From Methanobacteriota archaeon (GTDB taxonomy: Archaea > Thermoplasmatota > E2 > DHVEG-1): a stretch of DNA of 64,000 nt. Shown piece after piece: positions 9,865 to 19,151 of this stretch. Position 1 is the first letter of the stretch; the number at the start of each line of letters is the position of its first letter. The stretch is from contig CAVYNH010000007.1 in NCBI GenBank assembly GCA_963769885.1, positions 448,001 through 512,000 of the forward strand, written 5' to 3'. Both the position numbers and the translations under genes were made by a program. The notes under the pieces are model-generated. The model was not told the origin of the DNA. It was given only the letters and a program-made list of their open reading frames with translations, and ran no database searches.

Positions 9865-10556
9865 ATAGGGGCTGCGCCCCTATGACCCCGTTCCGCCTTC
9901 GTTCCTCGGCAAGCCCTCTTGGGCATTGCCGTATCTCACTCGGCGGTCAGGCGTTGTTGTCGGTCGTCGATGATGGTCACGTTGTGATGGTGTTGCTGAT
10001 CGCGTAGGTAGGCTGAGGATTCATCAAGGCTGGTCAATCCGGTGGACTCGTGGTGCTCGTACCCGCTCCAGAATCCCCCGCGGGGGTAGCGTTTGTGGAA
10101 CCCGGGGTGAGCCTGGAACATTCTCCGGGAGGTGTAAGACTTGAGAATAATCTCAGCGGTTTCAATGGAGTACCGCTTGGGAACGTTGACCTGGAGATGT
10201 ACATGGGTTTCGGCGAATCCGAATTCGCCGAACTCGAACCCAAGGCGTTCCAGGTCGTGGAACGTCTGGGTGCAGGTGTCGATGTGGCTTTGTTTTCGGA
10301 AGTTCCGGTACCTTTTGTGTGTCGGGAACATCATGGTCACCCAGTTGTTGCGGGTGTCACCCGCAACCTTTTTAGAGCTGCCGCTCGATACACTCTCCAT
10401 AAGTTTTTGTACTCCTGTCGCGCGGTAAAGGGGCAGGCGGACGCCTGCCCGCCGCGACAAAAAATGTAACGAGTGTTGTGAGAAAAAGACGACGAGCGGC
10501 CTCTCATCTGCGGGTCTTCACTGCGGTTCAGACCACGCAGTATTCCCGGCCGCTAC
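9865..10556 (-). mobile_element. IS200/IS605-family element, TnpA only, with flanking hairpins (ends approximate)
   Basis: A Y1 HUH transposase flanked by stem-loops: ATAGGGGC-TGC-GCCCCTAT (~9865-9883), GGGCAGGCG-GA-CGCCTGCCC (10431-10450) and a long imperfect hairpin at ~10495-10554. Confidence 0.7.
9936..10400 (-). CDS. tnpA: IS200-type Y1 HUH transposase
   Basis: ETHVHL (HUH), LKSYTSR, FWS and YLRDQ (catalytic Tyr). The ATG at 10400 follows GGAG. Confidence 0.85.
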   Translation of the reverse strand: MESVSSGSSKKVAGDTRNNWVTMMFPTHKRYRNFRKQSHIDTCTQTFHDLERLGFEFGEFGFAETHVHLQVNVPKRYSIETAEIILKSYTSRRMFQAHPGFHKRYPRGGFWSGYEHHESTGLTSLDESSAYLRDQQHHHNVTIIDDRQQRLTAE

Positions 10557-10611
10557 TGATAAAAATAAAGAAAAAAAGGGGTTGGGGGGAGGGCTTGTGT
10601 CCTTCCTGGGT

Positions 10612-11592
10612 TTATTTTCTTAAGTGGAGTCGGCGCTTGCGCCGGGACTCGGGGCTTTCGGGCATCGGCTGGGAGGCAGCGGGGGGCTCAATCTCGGTGA
10701 GTTCCGGCATCTCCACCGTACTCGTCGGCTTCTTCTGCCGCAGGGTTTCCACGGAGGTGGACAGGCGGGTGAAAAGGTCTTCGTTGGCCGTGAACCAATC
10801 CTGCCATTTCATGACCTCGGATTTCAGCTCCTTGTTCTCCGACTCGGTCTCCTCGTAGAGGTGGAAGAGCTTGGTGAGCCGTTCCTTCTCCTTTTCGAGT
10901 TCGGCGGCGGTGTCCTCGAACCTGGCCTTGAAGCCGGCGAACTGCTCGAGTTCCTTGAGATCATTGACTCGGCGTTCGAGGCTGCGGATGACGTCGTCCT
11001 TGGAGGTGAGCTCGCTGCGCATGTGTTCGACGTTCTCCTCGAACTGGTGGCGGATCGTGTCGAACTTGAGTGCCTGTGCTCGGAGGTCTTCAATCTGCTG
11101 GACGTCGCGCTCACGGTCTTCGAGCTTGTGCGTCAGGGTCTGGAGGCGCGAGTTCGCGTCGCGTTCGAAGGCCACGTGGCGCTGCTGGGCGTCATGCATC
11201 TGGGTCTCGAGCTCGGCGATGTGGCGTTCGCTGGCGGCGAGGTTCTCTTCCTGGCCCTTGTAGGCGTCCCAGAGTTTGACGAGGCGTTCTTTTTCCTTGT
11301 CGAGCTCTTGGCTAAAGCGGCGAGCTCCTTCGGTGGCTTCCTCGCGGCGGCGTTCGGCGTCAGAGAGCTGCTCTTCGAATGATTGGAGCATCGAGGTCAT
11401 CCTGGTGATGCCGTCGACGCTGAGCATGCTCTGGACCCGGGACAGTTCCTCCATGCCTTTGCTGAAGGAAGTCTTAATCGAGTCGATCTCGCCGGATGCC
11501 TGTTGCAAGCGTTCGATGAAGTTATCCTTAGGGGCTCTGATTTTCACGTTCTCCTCAAATCTTTCGTCCACCATTTTCACATGCCTTCCCAT
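10612..11592 (-). CDS. Long coiled-coil protein of unknown function
   Basis: Heptad-rich E/K/R/L sequence with an internal repeat (LDKEKERLVKLW / LEKEKERLTKLF). Confidence 0.75.
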   Translation of the reverse strand: MGRHVKMVDERFEENVKIRAPKDNFIERLQQASGEIDSIKTSFSKGMEELSRVQSMLSVDGITRMTSMLQSFEEQLSDAERRREEATEGARRFSQELDKEKERLVKLWDAYKGQEENLAASERHIAELETQMHDAQQRHVAFERDANSRLQTLTHKLEDRERDVQQIEDLRAQALKFDTIRHQFEENVEHMRSELTSKDDVIRSLERRVNDLKELEQFAGFKARFEDTAAELEKEKERLTKLFHLYEETESENKELKSEVMKWQDWFTANEDLFTRLSTSVETLRQKKPTSTVEMPELTEIEPPAASQPMPESPESRRKRRLHLRK

Positions 11593-11863
11593 TAGTTGTA
11601 TGTCTGGGACTAGACAACTGGTCGTGGCTATTTAATTGTTGTTCTTTTATTTGAACGAGCCTATAACTGTAAATAAATTGTACACACATTTGAGCATGAG
11701 AAAAAAAAGAAGAGAAGATGGAATAGGGAGAACGATTGCTTGCCTTGACCCTATACAGGGCACGTCAGGTTCTTTGAAACTCGGTTTCTCGTAATTTATT
11801 AAAAGGTGGTAGCAGATATCGGTGCAATAGCGTTCCGTTTTGCCTTAGGAGGGCTGAGCTGGG

Positions 11864-12529
11864 ATGGGACTCTTCGACCGCATACGAGAGAGTAAGTTTT
11901 CACTAATGATCCAACGGGTGTTCGGCAAGCGTCACGCCAAGATCGGCATCTACGGGCCCCCGAATGTCGGCAAGACCACGCTTGCCAACCGGATTTTGCG
12001 TGACTGGACCGGCGACATCATGGGCAGCGTCAGCGAAATCCCGCACGAGACCCGTCGCGCCAAATGCAAAACCAACATCAAGATCAACACCGGCGGCTCC
12101 TCCCTCAACATCGACCTCGTCGACACCCCAGGCATCACCACCAAGATCGACTACAAGGAATTCATGACGATGTACGGCCTGGACAAAGACGAGTCCCGCA
12201 CCCGCGCCAAAGAGGCCACCGAGGGCGTCATCGAGGCCATCAAATGGCTCGACGACATCGACGGCGTCGTCCTCGTCATGGACGCCACCCAGGACCCCTT
12301 CACCCAGGTCAACGTCACCATCATCGGCAACCTCGAAGCCCGCAACCTCCCCGTCCTCATCGCCGCCAACAAGATCGACGTAGAGAACGCCAGCCCCGCG
12401 ACCCTGAAATCCGCGTTCCCCCAGCACCCCGTCATCCCCATCAGCGCCCTCACCGGCTACAACACCGGCAGCCTCTACAGCACCATGATCAAGGAGTTCA
12501 GCAAGAAACGCAAGCGGCGAGGCACCTGA
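11864..12529 (+). CDS. oapA: Era-like GTP-binding protein (origin-associated protein A)
   Basis: GPPNVGKT, PHETR, DTPG and NKID motifs; first of a conserved three-gene operon. Confidence 0.85.
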   Translation: MGLFDRIRESKFSLMIQRVFGKRHAKIGIYGPPNVGKTTLANRILRDWTGDIMGSVSEIPHETRRAKCKTNIKINTGGSSLNIDLVDTPGITTKIDYKEFMTMYGLDKDESRTRAKEATEGVIEAIKWLDDIDGVVLVMDATQDPFTQVNVTIIGNLEARNLPVLIAANKIDVENASPATLKSAFPQHPVIPISALTGYNTGSLYSTMIKEFSKKRKRRGT

Positions 12530-12530
12530 G

Positions 12531-12908
12531 ATGATCAAAAAAGAACCTCACGGGATCCCCTTCCACCTCATCAGCAAAGACACCCTCGCCCACCTCACCA
12601 CCCAAGAAAAGCTCACCTACATCATCAACGAAGTCAAACACGGCCGGATCCTCGTCCTGGAATCAGGTCTCTCCTCCACCGAACAAGCACAGCTCATCGA
12701 GCAGACCATGCGCGAGATCAACCACGACAGCTTCATCGGCATCGAAATCGGCGGCTACGAACCAGAAAAAACCAGCCTCCTCCACCGGATGCTGGGCGTC
12801 AGCCGCAAACCCCGCATGACCGTCGTCGGCCCCGCCCACCTCCTCAGACTCATCAAAAAAGACGACCACCGCATCGAAACCACCATCACCGCCAAAGGAG
12901 CAGGATAA
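12531..12908 (+). CDS. oapB: DUF2073 family protein (OapB)
   Basis: ILVLESGL...LIEQTM...FIGIEI...MTVVGPA, plus operon position. Confidence 0.8.
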   Translation: MIKKEPHGIPFHLISKDTLAHLTTQEKLTYIINEVKHGRILVLESGLSSTEQAQLIEQTMREINHDSFIGIEIGGYEPEKTSLLHRMLGVSRKPRMTVVGPAHLLRLIKKDDHRIETTITAKGAG

Positions 12909-12913
12909 CCACT

Positions 12914-13369
12914 ATGCCCCACCAATGCCTCCACTGCGGCCACATCATGGAGGATAACGACAACAAATACCTCCGCGGCTGCCCCAAATGCCAAGGCCAC
13001 CGCTTCTTCTACACCAAAACACCGCCCCCCACACCACCACCAACCAAGACCGCCGATGTCAACGAAAAAGTCATGAACCTCATCATCGAAAAACACGAGA
13101 CCATCAAAAACGGTAAGAATAATCATATCCGCCTCACCCCCAAAGAGCTCCGCGACCTCATCGAGCAAAAAATCGACCAAAAAACCAACAACACCGCCCC
13201 ACCCGACCCCGACCCACACCCCGAAACCATCGACATCGAACACAACGGCAAATACCGCATCGACCTCAAAGGCCTCCTCGAAAAAGAACCCATCGTCATC
13301 CAAAAAGACGGCATCTATACTATCCACCTCCCAAGCGCCTTCCAGACTTTGCGAAAAAAACACGACTAA
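12914..13369 (+). CDS. oapC: Zn-ribbon protein (OapC, DUF2072-like)
   Basis: MPHQCLHCG...GCPKC and C-terminal ETI...GKYRIDL. Confidence 0.8.
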   Translation: MPHQCLHCGHIMEDNDNKYLRGCPKCQGHRFFYTKTPPPTPPPTKTADVNEKVMNLIIEKHETIKNGKNNHIRLTPKELRDLIEQKIDQKTNNTAPPDPDPHPETIDIEHNGKYRIDLKGLLEKEPIVIQKDGIYTIHLPSAFQTLRKKHD

Positions 13370-13441
13370 TCCCCATTCTCCCCTCAACAGAAAAAGAAGG
13401 CAAATAGATTTTTATCAATCCTCCTCATACACACCCCCAGC

Positions 13442-14743
13442 GTGACCGCCATGAGATACATCAGAGACGCCGAGTACATCCGCACCCAAGCGAAAAACAA
13501 CAACGACCTCTTCGCCCACTCCCTCCCCATGATCGCCAGCGAAAACGTCCTCTCCCCCCTCTGCCGCGAAATGCTTATCTCCGACTTCCACGGCCGCTAC
13601 GCCGAAGGCACCCCCGGCAACCGCTACTACGAAGGCTGCCAATACTTCGACTTAGTCGAAGAAAAAGCCATGGAACTCGCCAGAACACTCTTCAACGCCA
13701 CCTACGCCGACGTCCGCCCCACCGCCGGCACCACCGCCAACCTGGCCGTCCTCAAAGCCCTCATCAAACCCGGCGAAACAGCGACAGTCTTAGACACCGC
13801 CAACGGCGCCCACATCAGCTTCGGCAAATGGGGCGCAGCCGGCGTCAGAGGCATCAACCTCGTCAGCTACCCCTTCAACGACGACCAGATGAACATCGAC
13901 GTCGACGGCGCCGTCAAACTCATCCGCGAAGTCAAACCCAAGCTCGCCCTCTGCGGCCAATCCGTCTACCTCTTCCCCACGCCCCTCAAGCCCATCGCCG
14001 ACGCCGCCCACGAGGTCGGCGCCGCCGTCGTCTACGACGCCGCACATGTCCTTGGCCTCATCGGCGGGAAACGCTTCCAAGACCCACTCCGAGAAGGCGC
14101 GGACGTCATGACCGGCAGCACCCACAAAACCCTCCCCGGTCCCCAAGGCGGCATGATCCTCTCCAACCGCGGTACCACGGAAGAAGATAAATCCTTCCTC
14201 CGCAAACTCGGCTTCGGCGTCTTCCCCGGCGTCACCAGCTCCTACCACCTCCACCACGTCGCCGCCAAAGGCATCGCCTACGCCGAACACCTCGACTTCG
14301 GCGAAGCCTACGCCGACCAAATCATCAAAAACGCCCAACGCCTCGCCCAAGCCCTCCACGACCGCGGCTTCACCGTCTTCGGCGAACACCTCGGCTTCAC
14401 CAAATCCCACCAAGTCCTCGTCAACATCGGACCAGGCAAAGGCAAAGAAGCCTCCAAAACCCTCATCGACAGCGGCATCGTCACTAACATGAACATGATC
14501 CCCGGCGACGCCGACCCCCTCAACCCCTCCGGCCTCAGACTCGGCACCCCCGAACTCACCAGACTCGGCATGAAAGAACAAGAAATGGACGACGTCGCAG
14601 GCTTCTACGAACGCGCCCTCCTCAAACACGACAACCCCAAAAAAATCAGAGACGACATCAAAACCTTCCGCAAAGACTACCAAGAACTCCACTACTGCTA
14701 CACCAAAGGCTTCCGCGGCTACGACTACCACTACCTCGTCTAA
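13442..14743 (+). CDS. glyA: Serine hydroxymethyltransferase
   Basis: IASEN, YAEG...RYYEG, GSTHKTLPGPQGG and SGLRLGTPE. Confidence 0.97.
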   Translation: MTAMRYIRDAEYIRTQAKNNNDLFAHSLPMIASENVLSPLCREMLISDFHGRYAEGTPGNRYYEGCQYFDLVEEKAMELARTLFNATYADVRPTAGTTANLAVLKALIKPGETATVLDTANGAHISFGKWGAAGVRGINLVSYPFNDDQMNIDVDGAVKLIREVKPKLALCGQSVYLFPTPLKPIADAAHEVGAAVVYDAAHVLGLIGGKRFQDPLREGADVMTGSTHKTLPGPQGGMILSNRGTTEEDKSFLRKLGFGVFPGVTSSYHLHHVAAKGIAYAEHLDFGEAYADQIIKNAQRLAQALHDRGFTVFGEHLGFTKSHQVLVNIGPGKGKEASKTLIDSGIVTNMNMIPGDADPLNPSGLRLGTPELTRLGMKEQEMDDVAGFYERALLKHDNPKKIRDDIKTFRKDYQELHYCYTKGFRGYDYHYLV

Positions 14744-14757
14744 CCCCCCAGGCTATT

Positions 14758-15300
14758 ATGTGGATCGGGCTTACCGGCACCCCCGGCACAGGCAAAACCA
14801 CCATCGCAGACATCCTCCGCACCCACCATCACACCGTCGTCAACCTCTTCTCCTTCGCCACAGACCACCACTGCATCGACGGCGAAGACCCCACTCGACA
14901 CACCAAACTCATCGACATCGACCGCCTCACCCACGCCATTATCACCACCTACGACCCAGACCACACCATCCTCTTCGAAGGCCACTTCGCCCACCTCCTC
15001 CCCCTCGACAACGTCATCATCCTCCGCTGCCACCCCGCCACCCTCCGCCACCGCCTCCAACAACGACACTACCCTCCAGAAAAAATCAACGAAAACGTCG
15101 ACGCCGAAACCCTCGACATCATCCTCTGCGAAACCACAGAACTCCACCCCGCCGACCACATCTACGAAATCGACACCACCCACCGCACCCCCGACGAAAC
15201 CGCCGCCATCATCCAAGACCTCATCACCACCAACTTCCCCACCGAGACAAACTATAAAATAGGAACCATCGATTGGTCAGACGAAATCCTCAAAAAATAG
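14758..15300 (+). CDS. Adenylate kinase AK6/Fap7 family
   Basis: TGTPGTGKTT, EGHFAH, LRCHP and KINENVDAE. Confidence 0.9.
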   Translation: MWIGLTGTPGTGKTTIADILRTHHHTVVNLFSFATDHHCIDGEDPTRHTKLIDIDRLTHAIITTYDPDHTILFEGHFAHLLPLDNVIILRCHPATLRHRLQQRHYPPEKINENVDAETLDIILCETTELHPADHIYEIDTTHRTPDETAAIIQDLITTNFPTETNYKIGTIDWSDEILKK

Positions 15301-15315
15301 CCTGGAGCCCCCCCC

Positions 15316-15951
15316 ATGGTCCTCGACAAAACCCGCAAACCACTGGATCCCCTCCTCACCGCGCTCGCCCGCCCCTTCCGTAGCCTCCCCCCCGACATCC
15401 TCACCGCCGTCGCCCTTTTCTTCGCCCTCGCCGCCGGCGCCCTCTTCTACTTCAGCACCCCCCAAGCCGAACCCACCACCCCACTCCTCCTTATCGCCGC
15501 CCTCTGCATCCTCCTCAACGGCCTCTTCGACGCCATCGACGGCAAAGTCGCCCACCTCTCGCAAACCGCCACCGCGCGCGGCGACTTCCTCGACCATGCC
15601 CTCGACCGCTACGCCGACGTCTTCATCATCGGCGGCCTCGCCCTCAGCCCGTGGTGCCGCCCCAGCATCGGCCTCCTCGCCCTTATCGGCGTCCTTCTCA
15701 CCAGCTACATGGGCACCCAAGCCCAAGCCGTCGGCTGCCGACGCGACTACTCCGGCCTCCTCGGCCGCGCCGACCGCATCACCATCCTCATCATCTTCCC
15801 CATCATCCAACACGCCTTCCTCCTGACCTCCTACACCCTCCCCTACCAGCTCACTATCCTCGAAATCGCCATGATCATCTTCGCTATCATTGGCAACATC
15901 ACCGCCCTCCAACGCTTCTTCGGCGCCCTCAGGTGGTTCTCGCAACAATGA
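15316..15951 (+). CDS. CDP-alcohol phosphatidyltransferase (archaetidylinositol-phosphate synthase-like)
   Basis: DAIDGKVAH...GDFLDHALDRYAD motif. Confidence 0.9.
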   Translation: MVLDKTRKPLDPLLTALARPFRSLPPDILTAVALFFALAAGALFYFSTPQAEPTTPLLLIAALCILLNGLFDAIDGKVAHLSQTATARGDFLDHALDRYADVFIIGGLALSPWCRPSIGLLALIGVLLTSYMGTQAQAVGCRRDYSGLLGRADRITILIIFPIIQHAFLLTSYTLPYQLTILEIAMIIFAIIGNITALQRFFGALRWFSQQ

Positions 15952-17261
15952 AAACATCCACAAAACACGCCATCATCCTCTCCCTCATCGAGAACATCAC
16001 CGAGCTCACCCAACTCGCCGAAACCCTTGGCTACCAGATCCAAAAAACTTTCATCCAGAACAGGACCACCCCTGATGCGAACACCTACGTCGGCACCGGC
16101 AAGGTCGAAGAAGTCCACGACTACCTCGACGACGCCGACCCCACGATTGACCTTGTCATCGTCAACGGGGAACTAAAGCCCTCACAATGGTTTACCCTGG
16201 AAAAAGAGCTCGAAACCGAGGTCTACGATCGCATTCGGCTCATCCTCGAGATTTTTGAGGAGCACGCGGACCGCAAGGAGGCACGCCTGCAGGTCCGCCT
16301 CGCCCAGCTCCAATATGAACGCCCGCACGTCCGCGAACTCATCCACCGGGCACGCGCCGGAGAACACCCCGGGCTCATGGCAGGCGGCGAATACCAGGTC
16401 GACGACTATTACGAGATGATTAAACGGCAGGTCAAAAAAATCCGCGATGAGCTCGAAAAGATCCGTGAGAACCGAGAACTGCAACGCCGCACGCGCCACC
16501 AGAGCGGTTTTTACGCCGTCTCATTGGCAGGGTACACCAACGCTGGTAAAAGCAGCCTCATGAACGCACTGTCTGGCGGGTCGGTCAAAGTTGAGGAACG
16601 TCTCTTCTCAACACTCTCCACAACCACACGGAACATCACCGAAAAGACCGAGGGAAAAAGCCCGCCAATTCTGCTGACGGATACCGTCGGGTTTATCGAG
16701 AACCTCCCCTCCTGGGTAGTGGATGCCTTCCATTCGACTCTGGAGGAAATCGAGCTTGCGGACATTGTCATCGTCGTGGTGGACGGCAGCGAAGAACCAT
16801 CAATAGTGGCGCGCAAGCTACAGGTATCGTTGTCCGAGTTGCGTGAGCTGGGAGCGGAAGCGCCGATTGTCATCGCGGTCAACAAGGTGGATTTGCTGTC
16901 CAGCGAGACTCTGGCAGGGTTGATGGAATACCTGTTCAGGCATGAGGTCTGCGCTGGTCATGTGTGCATCGCGATTTCGGCGAAGCAGCGGCTGCATATC
17001 GATCGGCTCTTGGGGGCGGTGACGTCGCTGCTGCCGCATCAAGTGGAGTTGGTGATGCACCTGCCGGCGTCGAAGGCTGGAAACGCGTTCGTCTCTGAGT
17101 TGTATCATAAGGCGAGGGTCATATCGGTGTCGTATAGTGATGGGATCACAGTGCAGTTCTCGTGTCATGAGGCGATCAAGGGGCGTCTGGTGTCGCGGTG
17201 TCAGCGGCTCCATGGGTGTGTGGTTGAGGAAAAGGCTAAAAGTTTTATACAGCAACCTTGA
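15948..17261 (+). CDS. hflX: GTPase HflX
   Basis: GYTNAGKS, LFSTL, DTVGFI and NKVD. The ATG at 15948 overlaps the upstream stop (ATGA). Confidence 0.95.
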   Translation: MKTSTKHAIILSLIENITELTQLAETLGYQIQKTFIQNRTTPDANTYVGTGKVEEVHDYLDDADPTIDLVIVNGELKPSQWFTLEKELETEVYDRIRLILEIFEEHADRKEARLQVRLAQLQYERPHVRELIHRARAGEHPGLMAGGEYQVDDYYEMIKRQVKKIRDELEKIRENRELQRRTRHQSGFYAVSLAGYTNAGKSSLMNALSGGSVKVEERLFSTLSTTTRNITEKTEGKSPPILLTDTVGFIENLPSWVVDAFHSTLEEIELADIVIVVVDGSEEPSIVARKLQVSLSELRELGAEAPIVIAVNKVDLLSSETLAGLMEYLFRHEVCAGHVCIAISAKQRLHIDRLLGAVTSLLPHQVELVMHLPASKAGNAFVSELYHKARVISVSYSDGITVQFSCHEAIKGRLVSRCQRLHGCVVEEKAKSFIQQP

Positions 17262-17293
17262 TTCCTCGTCCACATATAAGGGAGGTTAGGTCA

Positions 17294-18328
17294 ATGGATG
17301 AGCCGCGAACGCTTCGCATGGAAATTTTTCTTGGAATAAGCCTGCTTGTTGTCGGGATTGTTGGTCGATACATGTTTGTCGGCCGAGGTATTCAGCCCTT
17401 CCCGAATTTTGAGATTATCATGGTCGTGACGTTTATTGGGATGATGGTGCTGCGGCCATGGGTCGCGTTCCTGCTCCCACTTGGGTGTATGATCGGCAGC
17501 GATGTCTTGATTGGGAACCCGATTTTTATAGGGGCGGAGATGAACCGGATTGTATTGTTCACGTATTCGGGGTTTGCGATTCTTGCTGCGGTGAGTTTCC
17601 TGCTGCGAAATCGGCTGCAGCCGATATATCGATCGTTGCGTGTGAAGACGGTGGGAGCTACCCTTGGTCTTGGTGTCGGGTTCGTGCTCCTGTATGATTG
17701 TTGGACGAACCTGGGGTGGTGGTACCTGCTGTATCCGCATACAGCTGGAACGCTGGGGATGGTGTTTACCGCGGGGTTGCCGTTCATGGTGTATCATCTG
17801 ATCTCGGGTCTGGTGACGTTTGGGTGTGTGGGCCTGCCGGTGTTGTTGGTTGCGTCGCGTCGGATTGGGATGCCGTCGCTACGACCGTTGCGTCGGCGGC
17901 AGCTGGTGCCCATCGTCTGCCTGGTCCTCGGGTTGGTCGTGCTGTCGTTCACCGGGATGGCCGCGCGGGTGCCGGAGCAGCACAGCGACATCTGGTTGAC
18001 GAGGGCAGATGCGACGAGCGTGTCGGTGACGGTGCAGGGCGAGGGCTGGAGCGTCGCGGACCATCTCATTGCCTATGAGGGTGACACGGCGTATAGTCTG
18101 TTGCAACGTCTTGCCTCGTCGCATGGCCTGTCGGTGCAGGCGACGTACTATGCGTCGTTCGATTCGTGGCTGGTGCAGGGCATCGGTCCTGATGCTGGGC
18201 ATGATGCGACGTACTGGCAGTATTATGTGGATGGCGTGCTGCCGTCGGTGGGTGCAGATCACTGCCCGGTGGTGAATGGGCAGAGCCTGGTGTGGCGGTT
18301 CGAGGTCGTCTCCTCCGAGATGGGTTAG
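17294..18328 (+). CDS. Membrane protein (ECF S-component/DUF6580-like) fused to a DUF4430 transcobalamin-like domain
   Basis: Six or seven TM segments with an N-terminal PNF motif. C-terminal YWQYYVDG..PSVGAD....NG..LVWRF. Confidence 0.6.
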   Translation: MDEPRTLRMEIFLGISLLVVGIVGRYMFVGRGIQPFPNFEIIMVVTFIGMMVLRPWVAFLLPLGCMIGSDVLIGNPIFIGAEMNRIVLFTYSGFAILAAVSFLLRNRLQPIYRSLRVKTVGATLGLGVGFVLLYDCWTNLGWWYLLYPHTAGTLGMVFTAGLPFMVYHLISGLVTFGCVGLPVLLVASRRIGMPSLRPLRRRQLVPIVCLVLGLVVLSFTGMAARVPEQHSDIWLTRADATSVSVTVQGEGWSVADHLIAYEGDTAYSLLQRLASSHGLSVQATYYASFDSWLVQGIGPDAGHDATYWQYYVDGVLPSVGADHCPVVNGQSLVWRFEVVSSEMG

Positions 18329-19041
18329 ATCTCGCAGTTCTGCTGGTCCAGCGTCTTGATTTTTCCTCGGACGAGGCTGATGGTGAGTGCGACGACGAGG
18401 AGGGCGGTGCCGAGCCCGATGGCGGTGCCGGTGACGTCGAGGGAGACCAAGAGGTTGTAGGATGAGTGGAGGATGATGGCGAGTGCGTAGTAGGGGAGGA
18501 CGAGGAGGAGGGAGGTTTTTTTCAGCAGGGTTTTTCCGTAGCCGTAGCCGGTGAGGGCGGTGGCGGAGGCGTGGAGGAGGCAGGCGCCGAAGCTGCGGAT
18601 GGCGATGAGGAGGAAGAATGCGCCGAGGTCCGGGGTGAGGTTGTCGAGACCGTAGAAGAGGTTCTCGGTGGCGCTGAAGCCGAGGCCGGCGACGGCGCCG
18701 TAGATGAGGCCGTCTTCAAGTTCGGTGAGTTGACTGCGAACGGAGCGGGCGCCGAGGATGAGGGGTTTGGCGAATTCTTCGACGATGGGGGCGATGACGA
18801 TGACCATGAGGAGTGAGACCGTCTCGGCGTTCTGCAGCGAGGCGAAGAGGGAGATCTCGAGTCCGAATTCCAGGATGAAGGCGGCGATGATGGCGAGGCT
18901 GGCTCCCCAGAGGAAGCAGATGAAGATGGATGCCCATCGTTGGCGGTGGCAGCGTTCGGTGTCGCGGATCCACCAGGCGTAGACGATGGGGACGAGGAAG
19001 GCGGTTCCGAGGAGGAGAATGAGTCTGACGTCGAAGTCCAT
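18325..19041 (-). CDS. PrsW-family intramembrane metalloprotease
   Basis: EEFAK, GLGFSATEN, LHA and LHS motifs. Confidence 0.9.
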   Translation of the reverse strand: MDFDVRLILLLGTAFLVPIVYAWWIRDTERCHRQRWASIFICFLWGASLAIIAAFILEFGLEISLFASLQNAETVSLLMVIVIAPIVEEFAKPLILGARSVRSQLTELEDGLIYGAVAGLGFSATENLFYGLDNLTPDLGAFFLLIAIRSFGACLLHASATALTGYGYGKTLLKKTSLLLVLPYYALAIILHSSYNLLVSLDVTGTAIGLGTALLVVALTISLVRGKIKTLDQQNCEI

Positions 19042-19151
19042 TAAGTGGGGGTAGTTTGCTTGTGTTTAATTATTTAATGCATTGATTGTTCAAGTCTGTG
19101 TTTTACTCAGGGAGTGTCCAGGGGAAGTAGTCTTGGGTGTAGATGGTCTTC

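Noticed and set aside
15651-15947. N-terminal extension of hflX
   Set aside because: It overlaps the CDP-alcohol transferase; the ATGA-coupled start at 15948 fits better.
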